Source: Candidatus Cloacimonadales bacterium (GTDB lineage Bacteria; Cloacimonadota; Cloacimonadia; Cloacimonadales; JAFGVF01). Taken from it: a DNA stretch of 64,000 nucleotides. Of the stretch, positions 30,420-40,445 are shown piece by piece (within the stretch, counting starts at the first letter, position 1; each line of letters starts with the position of its first letter). A program made the position numbers and the translations under genes. Below the pieces are notes generated by a model. That model was given only the letters and a program-made list of their open reading frames with translations, was not told where the DNA came from and did not search any database. The stretch lies in NCBI GenBank assembly GCA_963667035.1, contig OY762964.1, positions 384,001 through 448,000 on the forward strand, given 5' to 3'.

Positions 30420-32081
30420 CAGACCGTTTACAAACCCAGTTATGAAAATGACTGGGTTTTTACATTGTAAGTTTATTTCTGATTAGTTGAGTACAATATC
30501 AGGATAATGAGATTTAGCTCTATATTCGTCTAAACCAGAGCATATATTAACATAAAAAGCTAATAACATTGATGCCACTTTCCCTGATATGCCATTGAAA
30601 AGGTATTTAACCAGTTTCTTTATGTTTTGAACTACTGATGTCATATATGCTTGTTCTCGAACTCGTTCTATACCTCGATATTTCGCATACCGATAACCAT
30701 GAAGTTGCTTTGCATTTGCAAAGCTTCTCTCAATGGTTTCTTTTCGTTTTTTGTATATCTCTTTGCCACAAAAGGTTAACCTGTTTTTATGGATAATCTC
30801 TCTACTGTCTTCCCATACATGACGCATGATAACTTTTTGATGGTTCTTGCTCTCGGTGCATTTGTTAAGCATTGGACAGTTTTTACAATAGCTACTCTCG
30901 GATGCATATTCATCATAACCGTTACGGTTTGTTGTTCGATATTTAAGCTCTTTCCCTTCTGGACAGATGTATATGTCTCTATCTGAAATGAACTTAAAAT
31001 CACGCTTCTTGAAAAGACCTTTTTTACCTCCAAGTCGACGATAACCTATTACTCCCATGATTCCCATATCTACTAATTCTTTGCATATATTAGCTGTATC
31101 ATACCCGGCATCAAGACCTACTGCCAGGACATCAAAACCAAAACGCTCTTGCTGCACTTTTAGCCTATCAATATAGCAAGAACTGTCATTCACATTGCCG
31201 GCGGTAATATGAACATCTGTTATGAAGTTTACTTTAGGATCTACGGTTCTATGATCAAGATAGAAGAAACCTTGTGGTTTCTTGTCTCGCGTCATGAAAC
31301 CACTGTCAGGATCTGTTTTACTAGACTTAATCTCTTTAACTTTGGGTGACGAACCGCCTTTAAAGTCATTGTCTTTAGGTGGGAGTGGCTTCTTACCGTG
31401 AGCTTTTCGGTTTTCATCCACTGTTTTATTTAGATCTTCAAGATAACTCTGAGGTGTGGTCTCTACTTTAATTGATTCATATTTGCCTTTATTAGCATTA
31501 GCTTTCAGATGAGTTGAATCGCTATAAAGAACCTTGCCATCTACCAAACCATTCTCGATACCAAGTTTTACAATATCAATGAAAATCTCTTCAAAAACAG
31601 TGCTATCAGTAAAGCGTCTGCGACGATTCTGGCTGAAGAGAGAATGACTCGGTATTTTATCAGTAAGCCCATACCCTAAGAACCAGCGATATGCTACATT
31701 GACCTGAATCTCTCTGATTAGTTGTCGCTCAGAACGGATACCAAATAGATAACCAATAAAAAGCATTTTGAAGAAAGTTATGGGATGCACTGGGGGACGA
31801 CCGTTGTCGGGGCAATACAAATGAGCAGTTCGGTCCATAATAAAACTAAAATCTATTACCCTGTCAATCTTGCGTAGAATATGATCTTCCGGGACAAGAT
31901 CATCTATTATTACAAATTCCATTTGGGACTGTGTGTCAGAAACTTTTTTAAGCATAACCACCTCTAATTATGATGGTTTAAGTATAAACTAAGGGGGTTT
32001 TTGTCAATGATTGATGTTCTTATTTTAAGCTAAAAAAAGACAAAGCTATGAAATCTTACTCATAGCTTTGTCAACAGTCTG
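30420..32081 (-). mobile_element. IS1182-family insertion sequence
   Basis: Imperfect terminal IRs CAGACCGTTTACAAA / CAGACTGTTGACAAA; flanked by 22-bp direct repeat AAGGGCACAGTTTTGTGCCCTT (30398-30419, 32082-32103). Confidence 0.92.
30483..31961 (-). CDS. IS1182 family transposase
   Basis: DDLVPEDHILRKID, GRPP, GIRSERQL, DSTHLKANA, DAGY, YICPEGK, RKETIERSFANAK. Confidence 0.95.
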   Translation of the reverse strand: MVMLKKVSDTQSQMEFVIIDDLVPEDHILRKIDRVIDFSFIMDRTAHLYCPDNGRPPVHPITFFKMLFIGYLFGIRSERQLIREIQVNVAYRWFLGYGLTDKIPSHSLFSQNRRRRFTDSTVFEEIFIDIVKLGIENGLVDGKVLYSDSTHLKANANKGKYESIKVETTPQSYLEDLNKTVDENRKAHGKKPLPPKDNDFKGGSSPKVKEIKSSKTDPDSGFMTRDKKPQGFFYLDHRTVDPKVNFITDVHITAGNVNDSSCYIDRLKVQQERFGFDVLAVGLDAGYDTANICKELVDMGIMGVIGYRRLGGKKGLFKKRDFKFISDRDIYICPEGKELKYRTTNRNGYDEYASESSYCKNCPMLNKCTESKNHQKVIMRHVWEDSREIIHKNRLTFCGKEIYKKRKETIERSFANAKQLHGYRYAKYRGIERVREQAYMTSVVQNIKKLVKYLFNGISGKVASMLLAFYVNICSGLDEYRAKSHYPDIVLN

Positions 32082-32121
32082 AAGGGCACAGTTTTGTGCC
32101 CTTAACTATTTATTGTTATAA

Positions 32122-34500
32122 CTAGAATGCTATTTCTAGGATATCTTTGAAGTAATCAACAAAGTGAGCTTCAACTCCTTCCTTAATGTAGTCGGGAAGC
32201 TCCTCGAAATCCTTCTTGTTATCTTTAGGGAATATCAATTCATTAATACCGACTCTCTTAGCAGCAATTGTTTTCTCTCTTAATCCACCTATGGGGAGAA
32301 CCTTACCGGTTAAGGTTAATTCTCCAGTCATAGCAAAACCTTTTTTTACCGGTTTGTTATGTATAAGTGAGTAGAGAGCCAAAGCCATTGTTACACCTGC
32401 TGAAGGACCATCTTTAGGGGTCGCTCCTGCTGGGACATGGATATGAATGTAGTTATCATTGTAATAGTCACAGATATCACTGTCTTCACATACAATCGAT
32501 CTGATATATGAATATGCAATTTCTGCAGATTCAAGCATTACTTTACCAAGCTGACCGGTCTGCTTGAAACCTCCGCCTTTACGTTTAAAGGAAGAAGCCT
32601 CAATATATAGTGTAGAACCGCCGTAAGGAGTCCAAGCAAGTCCAAGTACAACTCCTGGTATCTGCTTTTTATAGATGTATTCGGCACTAAAAAGTGGTTT
32701 ACCTAGATACTCAGAAACATTCTTAACGCTAACAGTGTAACTGTCACCTTTACCTTCTGCCATTCGCAAAGTAACTTGACGCATTATTTTTTTAATCTGT
32801 TGCTCAAGATATCTTACACCCGCATCTCGTGAGTAATCCTCTATAATCTTTTCAAGACCTTTATCGGTAATCTTAATCTCAGAAGCTTTTAGCCCATGTT
32901 CTTTGCGATGTCTTGGAATCAGATATTGCTTAGCAATTTCCTTCTTCTCTCTCATAATATATCCGGGGAGAGAAACTATCTCCATACGGTCTCTTAGCGG
33001 ACCAGGAATCGTATCAAGTTGATTGGCAGTAGTAACAAAAAGTACTTTTGACAAGTCAAACCTTACATCCAAATAGTGATCAAGAAAGTCCTTGTTTTGT
33101 TCAGGATCAAGTACTTCAAGCAAAGCTGAAGCCGGGTCTCCCTGAAAACTCTTGCCGAGTTTATCTATTTCATCAAGCATAATTACCGGATTTGAAGTTC
33201 CCGTACGCTTGAGACTCTCAATTATCTTGCCCGGCAAGGCTCCGATGTATGTTCTCCTGTGACCTTTGATTTCAGCTTCATCTCTCATACCACCAAGACT
33301 AAATCTATAGAATTTACGATTTAATGACCTAGCAATAGATTTCCCGATGGAAGTCTTTCCAACTCCGGGAGGCCCGACAAAGCAAAGGATTGTCCCACTT
33401 AAGTTACCACTTTTTATAATGGTTGAGATATATTCCAGTATTATTTTCTTAACGTCTTGTAAACCGAAGTGGTCCTGATCAAGAATCTTTCTTGCTTTGG
33501 GCAAATCAAGATTATCTTTGGAGTAAACACCCCAAGGTAGTTCTGTCAGTTGGTTCAAATAGTTTTGAGTAACTGTGTATTCCGGACCACCGGGTTGCAT
33601 TATCTTCAATTTACTAATTTCACGTTCAATGACTTCTTTAACTTCGTCAGTCAATTTCAGCTTCTTGACTCTCTTTTCAAGTTTTTCTATCTCAGCAGTA
33701 GCATCATCAATTTCCATACCGAGTTCTTTCTTAATCACTCTTAATTGTTCTCTTAAGAAAAACTCTCTCTGCTGTTTTGACATTTTCTCTTCTATTTGCT
33801 TCTCTATCTCTTGCTGAATTTTACCGACTTCTATCTCTTTGCGTATCATCATCAGGAGTTTCTTCGCTCGTTCGATAATATCAATGGATTCAAGAAGATC
33901 CTGCATATCATACGTCTCACTTTGAATAATATTTGAAACCATATCCAGGAACATAGAAGGCTTATCGTATGACACTTGTGTAAAGAGCATCTTTATCTGC
34001 TGCTGAACAACAGGATTAACATTCAACAGTTCCTTTATACTATTCATAATCTCGAGTAGATATGCTTTTATCTCAGGAGTCACAGGAGGTTCTTTCTGAT
34101 CTAAATACACTACTTCCCATTTCAAGAACGGGTCATTCTCCTTTTGCTTAACTCTTTTAAAACGCCTCAATCCCTGAGCAATTATTTGAATAGAATCATT
34201 TTCCAAATGTATAACTTTAAAAATCTTTATAACTGTTCCGATACTGTATAAATCATCGTCATCAAGCTCTCCCTCAGCAGTTTGTTTTAGGAAAACAGCT
34301 CCAAGAAGTTTATCCTCACTATCCCATACTTCATCTATCAATTCTGTGTAGAAAGAACCGGAGAATGTTATAGGTATCATCAATCCCGGGAATATTGGTC
34401 TTTGTATTAGCGGGATAATATGTAGTTCAGGAGGAAAAATCTCCATTGCAAGAATAAGACCTTCTTCAATCTCTTTGTTTCTTTTTTCTTTATCGTCCAT
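32122..34500 (-). CDS. lon: ATP-dependent protease La
   Basis: GPPGVGKTS, DEAEIKGHRRTYIGA, PKDGPSAG, IGGLREK; start refined to ATG 34500. Confidence 0.97.
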   Translation of the reverse strand: MDDKEKRNKEIEEGLILAMEIFPPELHIIPLIQRPIFPGLMIPITFSGSFYTELIDEVWDSEDKLLGAVFLKQTAEGELDDDDLYSIGTVIKIFKVIHLENDSIQIIAQGLRRFKRVKQKENDPFLKWEVVYLDQKEPPVTPEIKAYLLEIMNSIKELLNVNPVVQQQIKMLFTQVSYDKPSMFLDMVSNIIQSETYDMQDLLESIDIIERAKKLLMMIRKEIEVGKIQQEIEKQIEEKMSKQQREFFLREQLRVIKKELGMEIDDATAEIEKLEKRVKKLKLTDEVKEVIEREISKLKIMQPGGPEYTVTQNYLNQLTELPWGVYSKDNLDLPKARKILDQDHFGLQDVKKIILEYISTIIKSGNLSGTILCFVGPPGVGKTSIGKSIARSLNRKFYRFSLGGMRDEAEIKGHRRTYIGALPGKIIESLKRTGTSNPVIMLDEIDKLGKSFQGDPASALLEVLDPEQNKDFLDHYLDVRFDLSKVLFVTTANQLDTIPGPLRDRMEIVSLPGYIMREKKEIAKQYLIPRHRKEHGLKASEIKITDKGLEKIIEDYSRDAGVRYLEQQIKKIMRQVTLRMAEGKGDSYTVSVKNVSEYLGKPLFSAEYIYKKQIPGVVLGLAWTPYGGSTLYIEASSFKRKGGGFKQTGQLGKVMLESAEIAYSYIRSIVCEDSDICDYYNDNYIHIHVPAGATPKDGPSAGVTMALALYSLIHNKPVKKGFAMTGELTLTGKVLPIGGLREKTIAAKRVGINELIFPKDNKKDFEELPDYIKEGVEAHFVDYFKDILEIAF

Positions 34501-34850
34501 ATTTTGCTCCCTCATTTTTATTAAAACAAAGTATGTTTCACTGTATAAAATATCATTCTATATCTAATGTGCAAATAAATTATATGTTTTACTTGAGAAT
34601 ACATTGAGAACATTACTTTTATAGAACTGTGTTCCAAATACTTCCATTTCAATCTGTTTAAGAGTATTGTTTTCTATTTGTAGACTAGAATTTAACTCTA
34701 ATAGTATCATGAATGGTGTATATTACTTTCAGAGACTTTCATTCTTAATAGGTTATGTTTTATCAGTTTTAGTATCTTTAGGTTATCTTCACACTCCGGA
34801 AATAAATTGATTATCTGGAAAGTATACTAACAACGCACTCTTTCAATACA

Positions 34851-34952
34851 CGGGACACACTCGGGAATCTCGCGGGACTCTCACGGGAATCACTCGGGAC
34901 TTTGCCCGAGAAATTCTCGAGAAATTCTCCTGTAAATCTCGTATGATCCCCG
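34851..34952. repeat. 11-bp-phased CGGGA repeats followed by inverted TCTCG/CCCG copies
   Basis: CGGGA at 34851, 34862, 34873, 34884, 34895; inverted units at 34904, 34915, 34926, 34937, 34948. Confidence 0.85.
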
Positions 34953-35150
34953 AGGGTTGAATATGGGCAGTATGAGACCGGAATTGCAAAGTAAAACTTC
35001 ATTTACCGGATTAAATAGAATTATCGAAGAAGATAAAGAGGCTAATAATGGATTAAGTTAGTTTTCTACTTGACACTAATAAAGACTGTTTGTAATTATT
35101 AATGTTTGCCTCTATCAGAACTTCGAGAATATTATATAGAGGAGGTTTTA

Positions 35151-35804
35151 ATGCAAAAAACTTTTTTTACTGACCGAACAAAAGAGATCCAGATTGGAAT
35201 AGATCATTTTCTTTCTCATGTCGAGCACTCAGGATTGATTTTCTTAGAAGGCATAAAATCATATCTAGCCTGGGATACCGAAAAGTTTGAAGGTTATCGT
35301 ACAGAGTTGTGCGAAGTTGAAGAGGCGGCAGATGCTCTGAGAAGAGACATCAAAGTAAAGCTTTATGCTTATATGTTAATTCCTGAATCAAGAGGAGACG
35401 TGCTTGGTTTGCTGGAGACTTTAGACAATGTGATTGATGTTTGTCACAAAGTTATGGAACAGCTTTCGGTTGAGCATCCTGATATCCCTGATGATTTAAG
35501 AAATGATTTCGGAGAGTTAGCAAGATTTTCGCAACTCACAGTAGAAGCTGTTGCTAATGCTTCCAGAGCTTTTTTTACTGAGCTAAAGCTTGTTAGCAAT
35601 TTCGTAGGTAAGGTTTATTTTTATGAGCATGAAGTTGATAAAATGGAAGACAGTATTAAGAGAAAAGTTTTTGATTCTAAGGAGTTAGAACTCAGTAAGA
35701 AAATACATCTTAGATACATTGTTGATAGAATAGCCATGCCGTCAGATGAATCTGAAGAAGTGGCAGAAAGACTAGAGATTTCAGCAATTAAAAGAAAACT
35801 CTAA
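35151..35804 (+). CDS. DUF47/PhoU-like phosphate transport regulator
   Basis: EEAADALRRDI, LIPESRGD, YEHEVD; upstream of a Pit transporter; ATG 35151 with GAGGAGG RBS. Confidence 0.88.
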   Translation: MQKTFFTDRTKEIQIGIDHFLSHVEHSGLIFLEGIKSYLAWDTEKFEGYRTELCEVEEAADALRRDIKVKLYAYMLIPESRGDVLGLLETLDNVIDVCHKVMEQLSVEHPDIPDDLRNDFGELARFSQLTVEAVANASRAFFTELKLVSNFVGKVYFYEHEVDKMEDSIKRKVFDSKELELSKKIHLRYIVDRIAMPSDESEEVAERLEISAIKRKL

Positions 35805-35814
35805 GGGAATGTAG

Positions 35815-36870
35815 ATGTTCACTATCTTAATGTATTTATCGAGCGGACTGTTTTTAGGATGGTCTTTAGGTGCTAATAATGCAGCTAACTTCTGGGGAAC
35901 TGCGGTTGGGACCAGAATGGTCAAGTTTAGGACTGCTGCCATTATTTGTAGCATACTGGTTATACTTGGAGCAGTGATAAGTGGAGCGGGAGCTTCTCAG
36001 ACAATTGGGAAGCTGGGTGGCATTAATAGTTTAGGCGGGGCTTTTACTGTTGCTCTTGCTACTGCTGTTGTTTCGCTTATAATGACTAAATCAGGAATAC
36101 CCATCTCAACCAGCCAAGCTGTTATTGGTGGCATAATAGGTTGGAACATATTTACTCAATCAGCGACGGATTATTCGGTACTAGGTAAAATAGCTATGTC
36201 TTGGGTATTCTCTCCCGTACTAACGGCTTTAACTGCATTTGTGATGTTTTTTATAGTTAAGCTTATATTGGATAACGGAAAGTGGCACATGCTCCGGATA
36301 GATTCATGGACACGAGCTTTATTGGTAATAGTTGGAGCTTTCGGTTCATATTCACTTGGTGCCAATAATATCGGTAATGTCATGGGTGTATTCATAAAAG
36401 CATCACCATTTAATGACTTGGAGTTTTTTAACCTCTTCACACTAAGCTCCATACAACAGCTTTTCTTAATCGGTGGAATAGCCATTGCTGTAGGGGTAAT
36501 CACTTATTCCAAGAGAGTAATGACAACGGTAAGCACGGATATTTACAAGCTTTCTCCTGTAACAGCATTAATTGTTGTTTTCGCAGTATCGGTTACGATG
36601 TTCTTATTCGCCTCGGTGGGATTGAAGAATTTTCTAACTTCTCACGGACTTCCATCTTTGCCTCTCGTGCCCGTTTCCAGTTCACAAGCAATTGTCGGTG
36701 CGGTAATAGGTATAAGTCTTGCGAAGGGTGGTAAGAATTTACAGCTCAGGATACTTGTGAAGATTGTCCTAGGATGGATTATAACACCTATTGCAAGCTG
36801 TTTGCTAGCACTTGTATTACTTTATATAACCCAGAATGTCTTTATGATGGAAGTGTTCTCTGATTTATAG
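35815..36870 (+). CDS. pit: Inorganic phosphate transporter, PiT family
   Basis: GANNAAN and GANNIGN signatures, PISTSQ and PVSSSQ. Confidence 0.92.
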   Translation: MFTILMYLSSGLFLGWSLGANNAANFWGTAVGTRMVKFRTAAIICSILVILGAVISGAGASQTIGKLGGINSLGGAFTVALATAVVSLIMTKSGIPISTSQAVIGGIIGWNIFTQSATDYSVLGKIAMSWVFSPVLTALTAFVMFFIVKLILDNGKWHMLRIDSWTRALLVIVGAFGSYSLGANNIGNVMGVFIKASPFNDLEFFNLFTLSSIQQLFLIGGIAIAVGVITYSKRVMTTVSTDIYKLSPVTALIVVFAVSVTMFLFASVGLKNFLTSHGLPSLPLVPVSSSQAIVGAVIGISLAKGGKNLQLRILVKIVLGWIITPIASCLLALVLLYITQNVFMMEVFSDL

Positions 36871-36874
36871 TTTA

Positions 36875-37240
36875 TCAGATTTCTCTTTTTAAGTTATAGG
36901 CGAGTATATAACCTGAAATAGCCCCGATAACATAGTATATAAAATCACTTGGTACGAATGTGGTTCCCAGTAATGAGGCACCTATGAAGGTACTTCTTAT
37001 CAATTGTAGGAAAGGTGGTTTCCATAACTGTAGACACTCTAATAGTGAAGTGATTAATAATACTAGAATGCTAATTATCCATATCTTCTTTTTAGAGACA
37101 ATCAAGCTGAACACCAAAATGAAGAAGATTACGTAGAACACTCCGCCTAGAGAGTTATTAGCCCATTCATGACCTATCCCTTTGTATAGCTTGGAAATGA
37201 AACCTAGAGCAGTGACAATAGGTAGCTCTATCAATATCAT
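36875..37240 (-). CDS. DUF2809-like membrane protein (start uncertain)
   Basis: SLGGVFY, LECLQLW, LLGTTF..SDFIYY. Confidence 0.75.
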   Translation of the reverse strand: MILIELPIVTALGFISKLYKGIGHEWANNSLGGVFYVIFFILVFSLIVSKKKIWIISILVLLITSLLECLQLWKPPFLQLIRSTFIGASLLGTTFVPSDFIYYVIGAISGYILAYNLKREI

Positions 37241-37259
37241 ATAGTTAGCTTTTAATGAA

Positions 37260-40200
37260 CTAGAGAACCTCGACTTTAACATATTCTGTTTCAATACTGT
37301 AGTTTCCTTTCTTAATATATGGGATTGACTCAACTATCTCTTTATAGTTTTCCAATTGATCCTTATCGTTAATGCTTCCAGTCTTATAATCAATAATGAC
37401 AATCTTTTTATGATTTTCCGAAATCTGTAATCTATCTATCCTAAACTCCTGTCCGGTAACCGGATGATAAATAGTGAATTCATTAAAAACCTTATCCCAT
37501 TTCCTTGAATATAACTCTGGATTATCGGTGATAAAAGCTTTAGCATATCCAATGCAAGTGTTGATATCCTTTGCTACAATCAGGTTGCCATAAGTAGCAA
37601 TTGTTTGTTTATAAGCTAATTTATGATACCTATCCTCATCATATTCAATAAATGATAGGTAATGATGTACGATGGTACCGATTATGTTTCTTTTACCCGT
37701 TATGTACAATGCTTCAAGTTCAGACTTGTTCTTTAAATCTGATTCATCAAGCTTCTCTCTAAACAGGTTCTTATCCGGATTAAAATACTCACTGATATCA
37801 ATTACATTCTTTACATCTTCATTTTTTATATCCAATTCATCAGATGGATTAGTAAATGTTTCGGAAGAGGAAATTAACTCTTTCGCAGAATTGTATATTG
37901 CCATACTTAACTCGCTATCTGCTCCCGGAACTCCTCCCTTAACAAGTTTAACTGAATAGAATAGAAAGAGATTGTCTTCTGCTCTAGTAAGGGCGACATA
38001 ATTAGCATTGAGTTCTTGTATTTCATTACTCATAGCTTTTCTGGCAACAACATCCGTGACAGATGTCTTCTTAAGTATATGCTTACATCTCATAGAGATG
38101 TGGTAGTCCAGTAAATGGTTATACTGATCATCGAATTGATAATTAACAAAGATATCATCTATGTCACGGTTACCAGTTCCTAACGAACTGTAGAAGAATA
38201 CTGTTTTGAATGCCAGACCTTTTGATTTATGGATACTAATAAGAGTAATTGCATTTTCATCTATCACAGTTTCTTGTCTGTTTGCTTCATCTTTTTCTGT
38301 ATCATGGCAATATAGTAAGAAACCTTGTAAGTTGTTTGCGTATTCATGTCTATCATGAGCGAAGCTATAAGCAATATTTAAAAACTTATCTAAGTTCTTT
38401 TGTTCATTGTCGGTAGGGAATAGGTTAATGAAATTGAATCGCTCCATCACTTTTAAACTGAACATGAATGGATCTGAAACATAGTCTCTTAAACTCTCAA
38501 TTGTATTGAATCCCGGCAATGTCAGCAAGTACTCATTGAATTCATCATTGGTTAGCGTGTGACTGTTGCCGATGAAGGTTTTCATGTCATGAGAAGATAG
38601 AAGATAAGCATCTGAGCGATAGAACTTCAGAAGTGAAAGCCTATCACCGTAAACAATCCAATCCATTAGAAAGAGTATAGGTTTTATGGCATTGTGTTTA
38701 AACAATGGATTGTTGCTTTCTTGTACATAAGAAATACCGGATTGAGTTAGAATATCAGCTATTGCTGTAAGCTCCTTATTGGTTCTTGCAATGACTGCAA
38801 TTCCTTTACAGTTATAACCTGAATCTGTTTCGATGAACGAAATCAAATACTCATTAACAAAGACTTCAAAGCCTTCCTGTTTGCTTCCCTCTCCATTATT
38901 GTAAGTATATTCTTTAAATGATACCTTTCCCTCAATTTCTTCCCGAGCACATTCCACATTATCATAACTCCAATCAAGCTGTAGTGATTCTTTTACATTC
39001 AACATCTCACTAGAACTGAAAATATTGTTGATGAAATCAATAATGGAGTTAGCACTTCTATAGCAGGTGTCAAGCCTATCATTAACAACTTTATACCTTT
39101 GAGATAGCTTCAAAATGAGATTCATCTCTCCACTACGCCATTGATAGATGGCCTGTTTCTCATCACCAACGATAATGACACCTCCATAAGGATAAATGCC
39201 ACTTCCGCTGACAAGCTCATCAATCATGGGTTGGAAGAGTTTATATTGAACGATACTGGTATCTTGGAATTCATCCAGTAGTAGGAATCTGGTTCTATAC
39301 GATAATGCTTCGTAAAAGCGATTGGTTACCGTACCGGTATCCTGATCTATTATTGATAACTCTTCATCAAACAAATAGTTAAACGTATAATCCGTAATAT
39401 CGCTATAGGTAAGTTTCCCTGATGAGAGTTTGATTTTGTCATATTCTTGAACAAGTTTATTCCAGAAGTTCTTAATCTCAATCCATTCGTTGAAGTATAT
39501 ATAATAGTAGAGTAAATCTGCCAAAGCAGTTATTAACTCTTTAGAAGCCTCTTTCAAATCAGTACTTCTAAGCTTTGCACCATTATAAAAAATGATATTG
39601 TCTAGGATTGATTTATAGTTCTGCTTTAGATAATCCAAATCAGTAAATTTGTTCTTCATGGAAGATAGTAGCTCTTCAATATCATCATAAGGAAATTCTG
39701 ATTTAACTCCCTGCTTTATGTAATCCCTGACGCTAGACTTTCCTTTTTTGTCGTATTCTTGCTTGAAAAGTTCAAGAAACTCTGAAAGTATGTCATTGTA
39801 TTTGTAATAAGCGAGTTTAAGTTCTTCAATAGGAGCATCTGTGGAGAACTTGTTTAAGAAGTATAATTGCCATCTGTTATCAATTAGATTACTTAAATCT
39901 TTTGTATGCTGGTCAGGTCTAATACGTAACTCGGTGTTCAAGAATGATAGAATCTCTTCGTTTATCATTCCTTGTTTCAGAAGAGTCTCCATTATTTGAG
40001 GTAGAATCTTCTCATTATATTTTAGGTCTAATTCAAACTCATTGATTCCCTTCCAAGGAGCAATTACGCTCTTGAATATGCTTCCTGCAAATGAATCAAT
40101 AGTAGAAATGTGAACATCCTGCTTGTTAAGAAGCATTTTAAGATAAGTACTTTTAAGATTAAGTATTTCTTCATTAGTAATCTTACGATTCATTAAGCGT

Positions 40201-40445
40201 TCAAGATTAGTAATTATAGTCTTTGCTTGTTCGTTATCGCAATATATTGATTCCAAGTGCTGAAAGATTCTCTCTTTTATCTCAGCAGTGGCCTTCTTAG
40301 TGAAAGTAATAGCAAGTATCTGTGAGTAATGAAATTCATCAAAAACACTATACTCAATTATGATTCTAATATATTCCAAGGAGAGTCTGTAAGTTTTACC
40401 GGTTCCTGCAGAAGCAGTTATAACTTTAAAGAAATAATCGTTCAC
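37260..40445 (-). CDS. addA: UvrD/AddA-like helicase-nuclease
   Basis: ASAGTGKT, ITFTKKAT, LDEFQDTS, VGDEKQAIYQWR, SIHKSKGL, YVALTRA, RIDRL...IDYKTG. Confidence 0.9.
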   Translation of the reverse strand: MNDYFFKVITASAGTGKTYRLSLEYIRIIIEYSVFDEFHYSQILAITFTKKATAEIKERIFQHLESIYCDNEQAKTIITNLERLMNRKITNEEILNLKSTYLKMLLNKQDVHISTIDSFAGSIFKSVIAPWKGINEFELDLKYNEKILPQIMETLLKQGMINEEILSFLNTELRIRPDQHTKDLSNLIDNRWQLYFLNKFSTDAPIEELKLAYYKYNDILSEFLELFKQEYDKKGKSSVRDYIKQGVKSEFPYDDIEELLSSMKNKFTDLDYLKQNYKSILDNIIFYNGAKLRSTDLKEASKELITALADLLYYYIYFNEWIEIKNFWNKLVQEYDKIKLSSGKLTYSDITDYTFNYLFDEELSIIDQDTGTVTNRFYEALSYRTRFLLLDEFQDTSIVQYKLFQPMIDELVSGSGIYPYGGVIIVGDEKQAIYQWRSGEMNLILKLSQRYKVVNDRLDTCYRSANSIIDFINNIFSSSEMLNVKESLQLDWSYDNVECAREEIEGKVSFKEYTYNNGEGSKQEGFEVFVNEYLISFIETDSGYNCKGIAVIARTNKELTAIADILTQSGISYVQESNNPLFKHNAIKPILFLMDWIVYGDRLSLLKFYRSDAYLLSSHDMKTFIGNSHTLTNDEFNEYLLTLPGFNTIESLRDYVSDPFMFSLKVMERFNFINLFPTDNEQKNLDKFLNIAYSFAHDRHEYANNLQGFLLYCHDTEKDEANRQETVIDENAITLISIHKSKGLAFKTVFFYSSLGTGNRDIDDIFVNYQFDDQYNHLLDYHISMRCKHILKKTSVTDVVARKAMSNEIQELNANYVALTRAEDNLFLFYSVKLVKGGVPGADSELSMAIYNSAKELISSSETFTNPSDELDIKNEDVKNVIDISEYFNPDKNLFREKLDESDLKNKSELEALYITGKRNIIGTIVHHYLSFIEYDEDRYHKLAYKQTIATYGNLIVAKDINTCIGYAKAFITDNPELYSRKWDKVFNEFTIYHPVTGQEFRIDRLQISENHKKIVIIDYKTGSINDKDQLENYKEIVESIPYIKKGNYSIETEYVKVEVL

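Noticed and set aside
34811..35002. 63-aa ORF
   Set aside because: Spurious translation across the 11-bp-phased repeat element.
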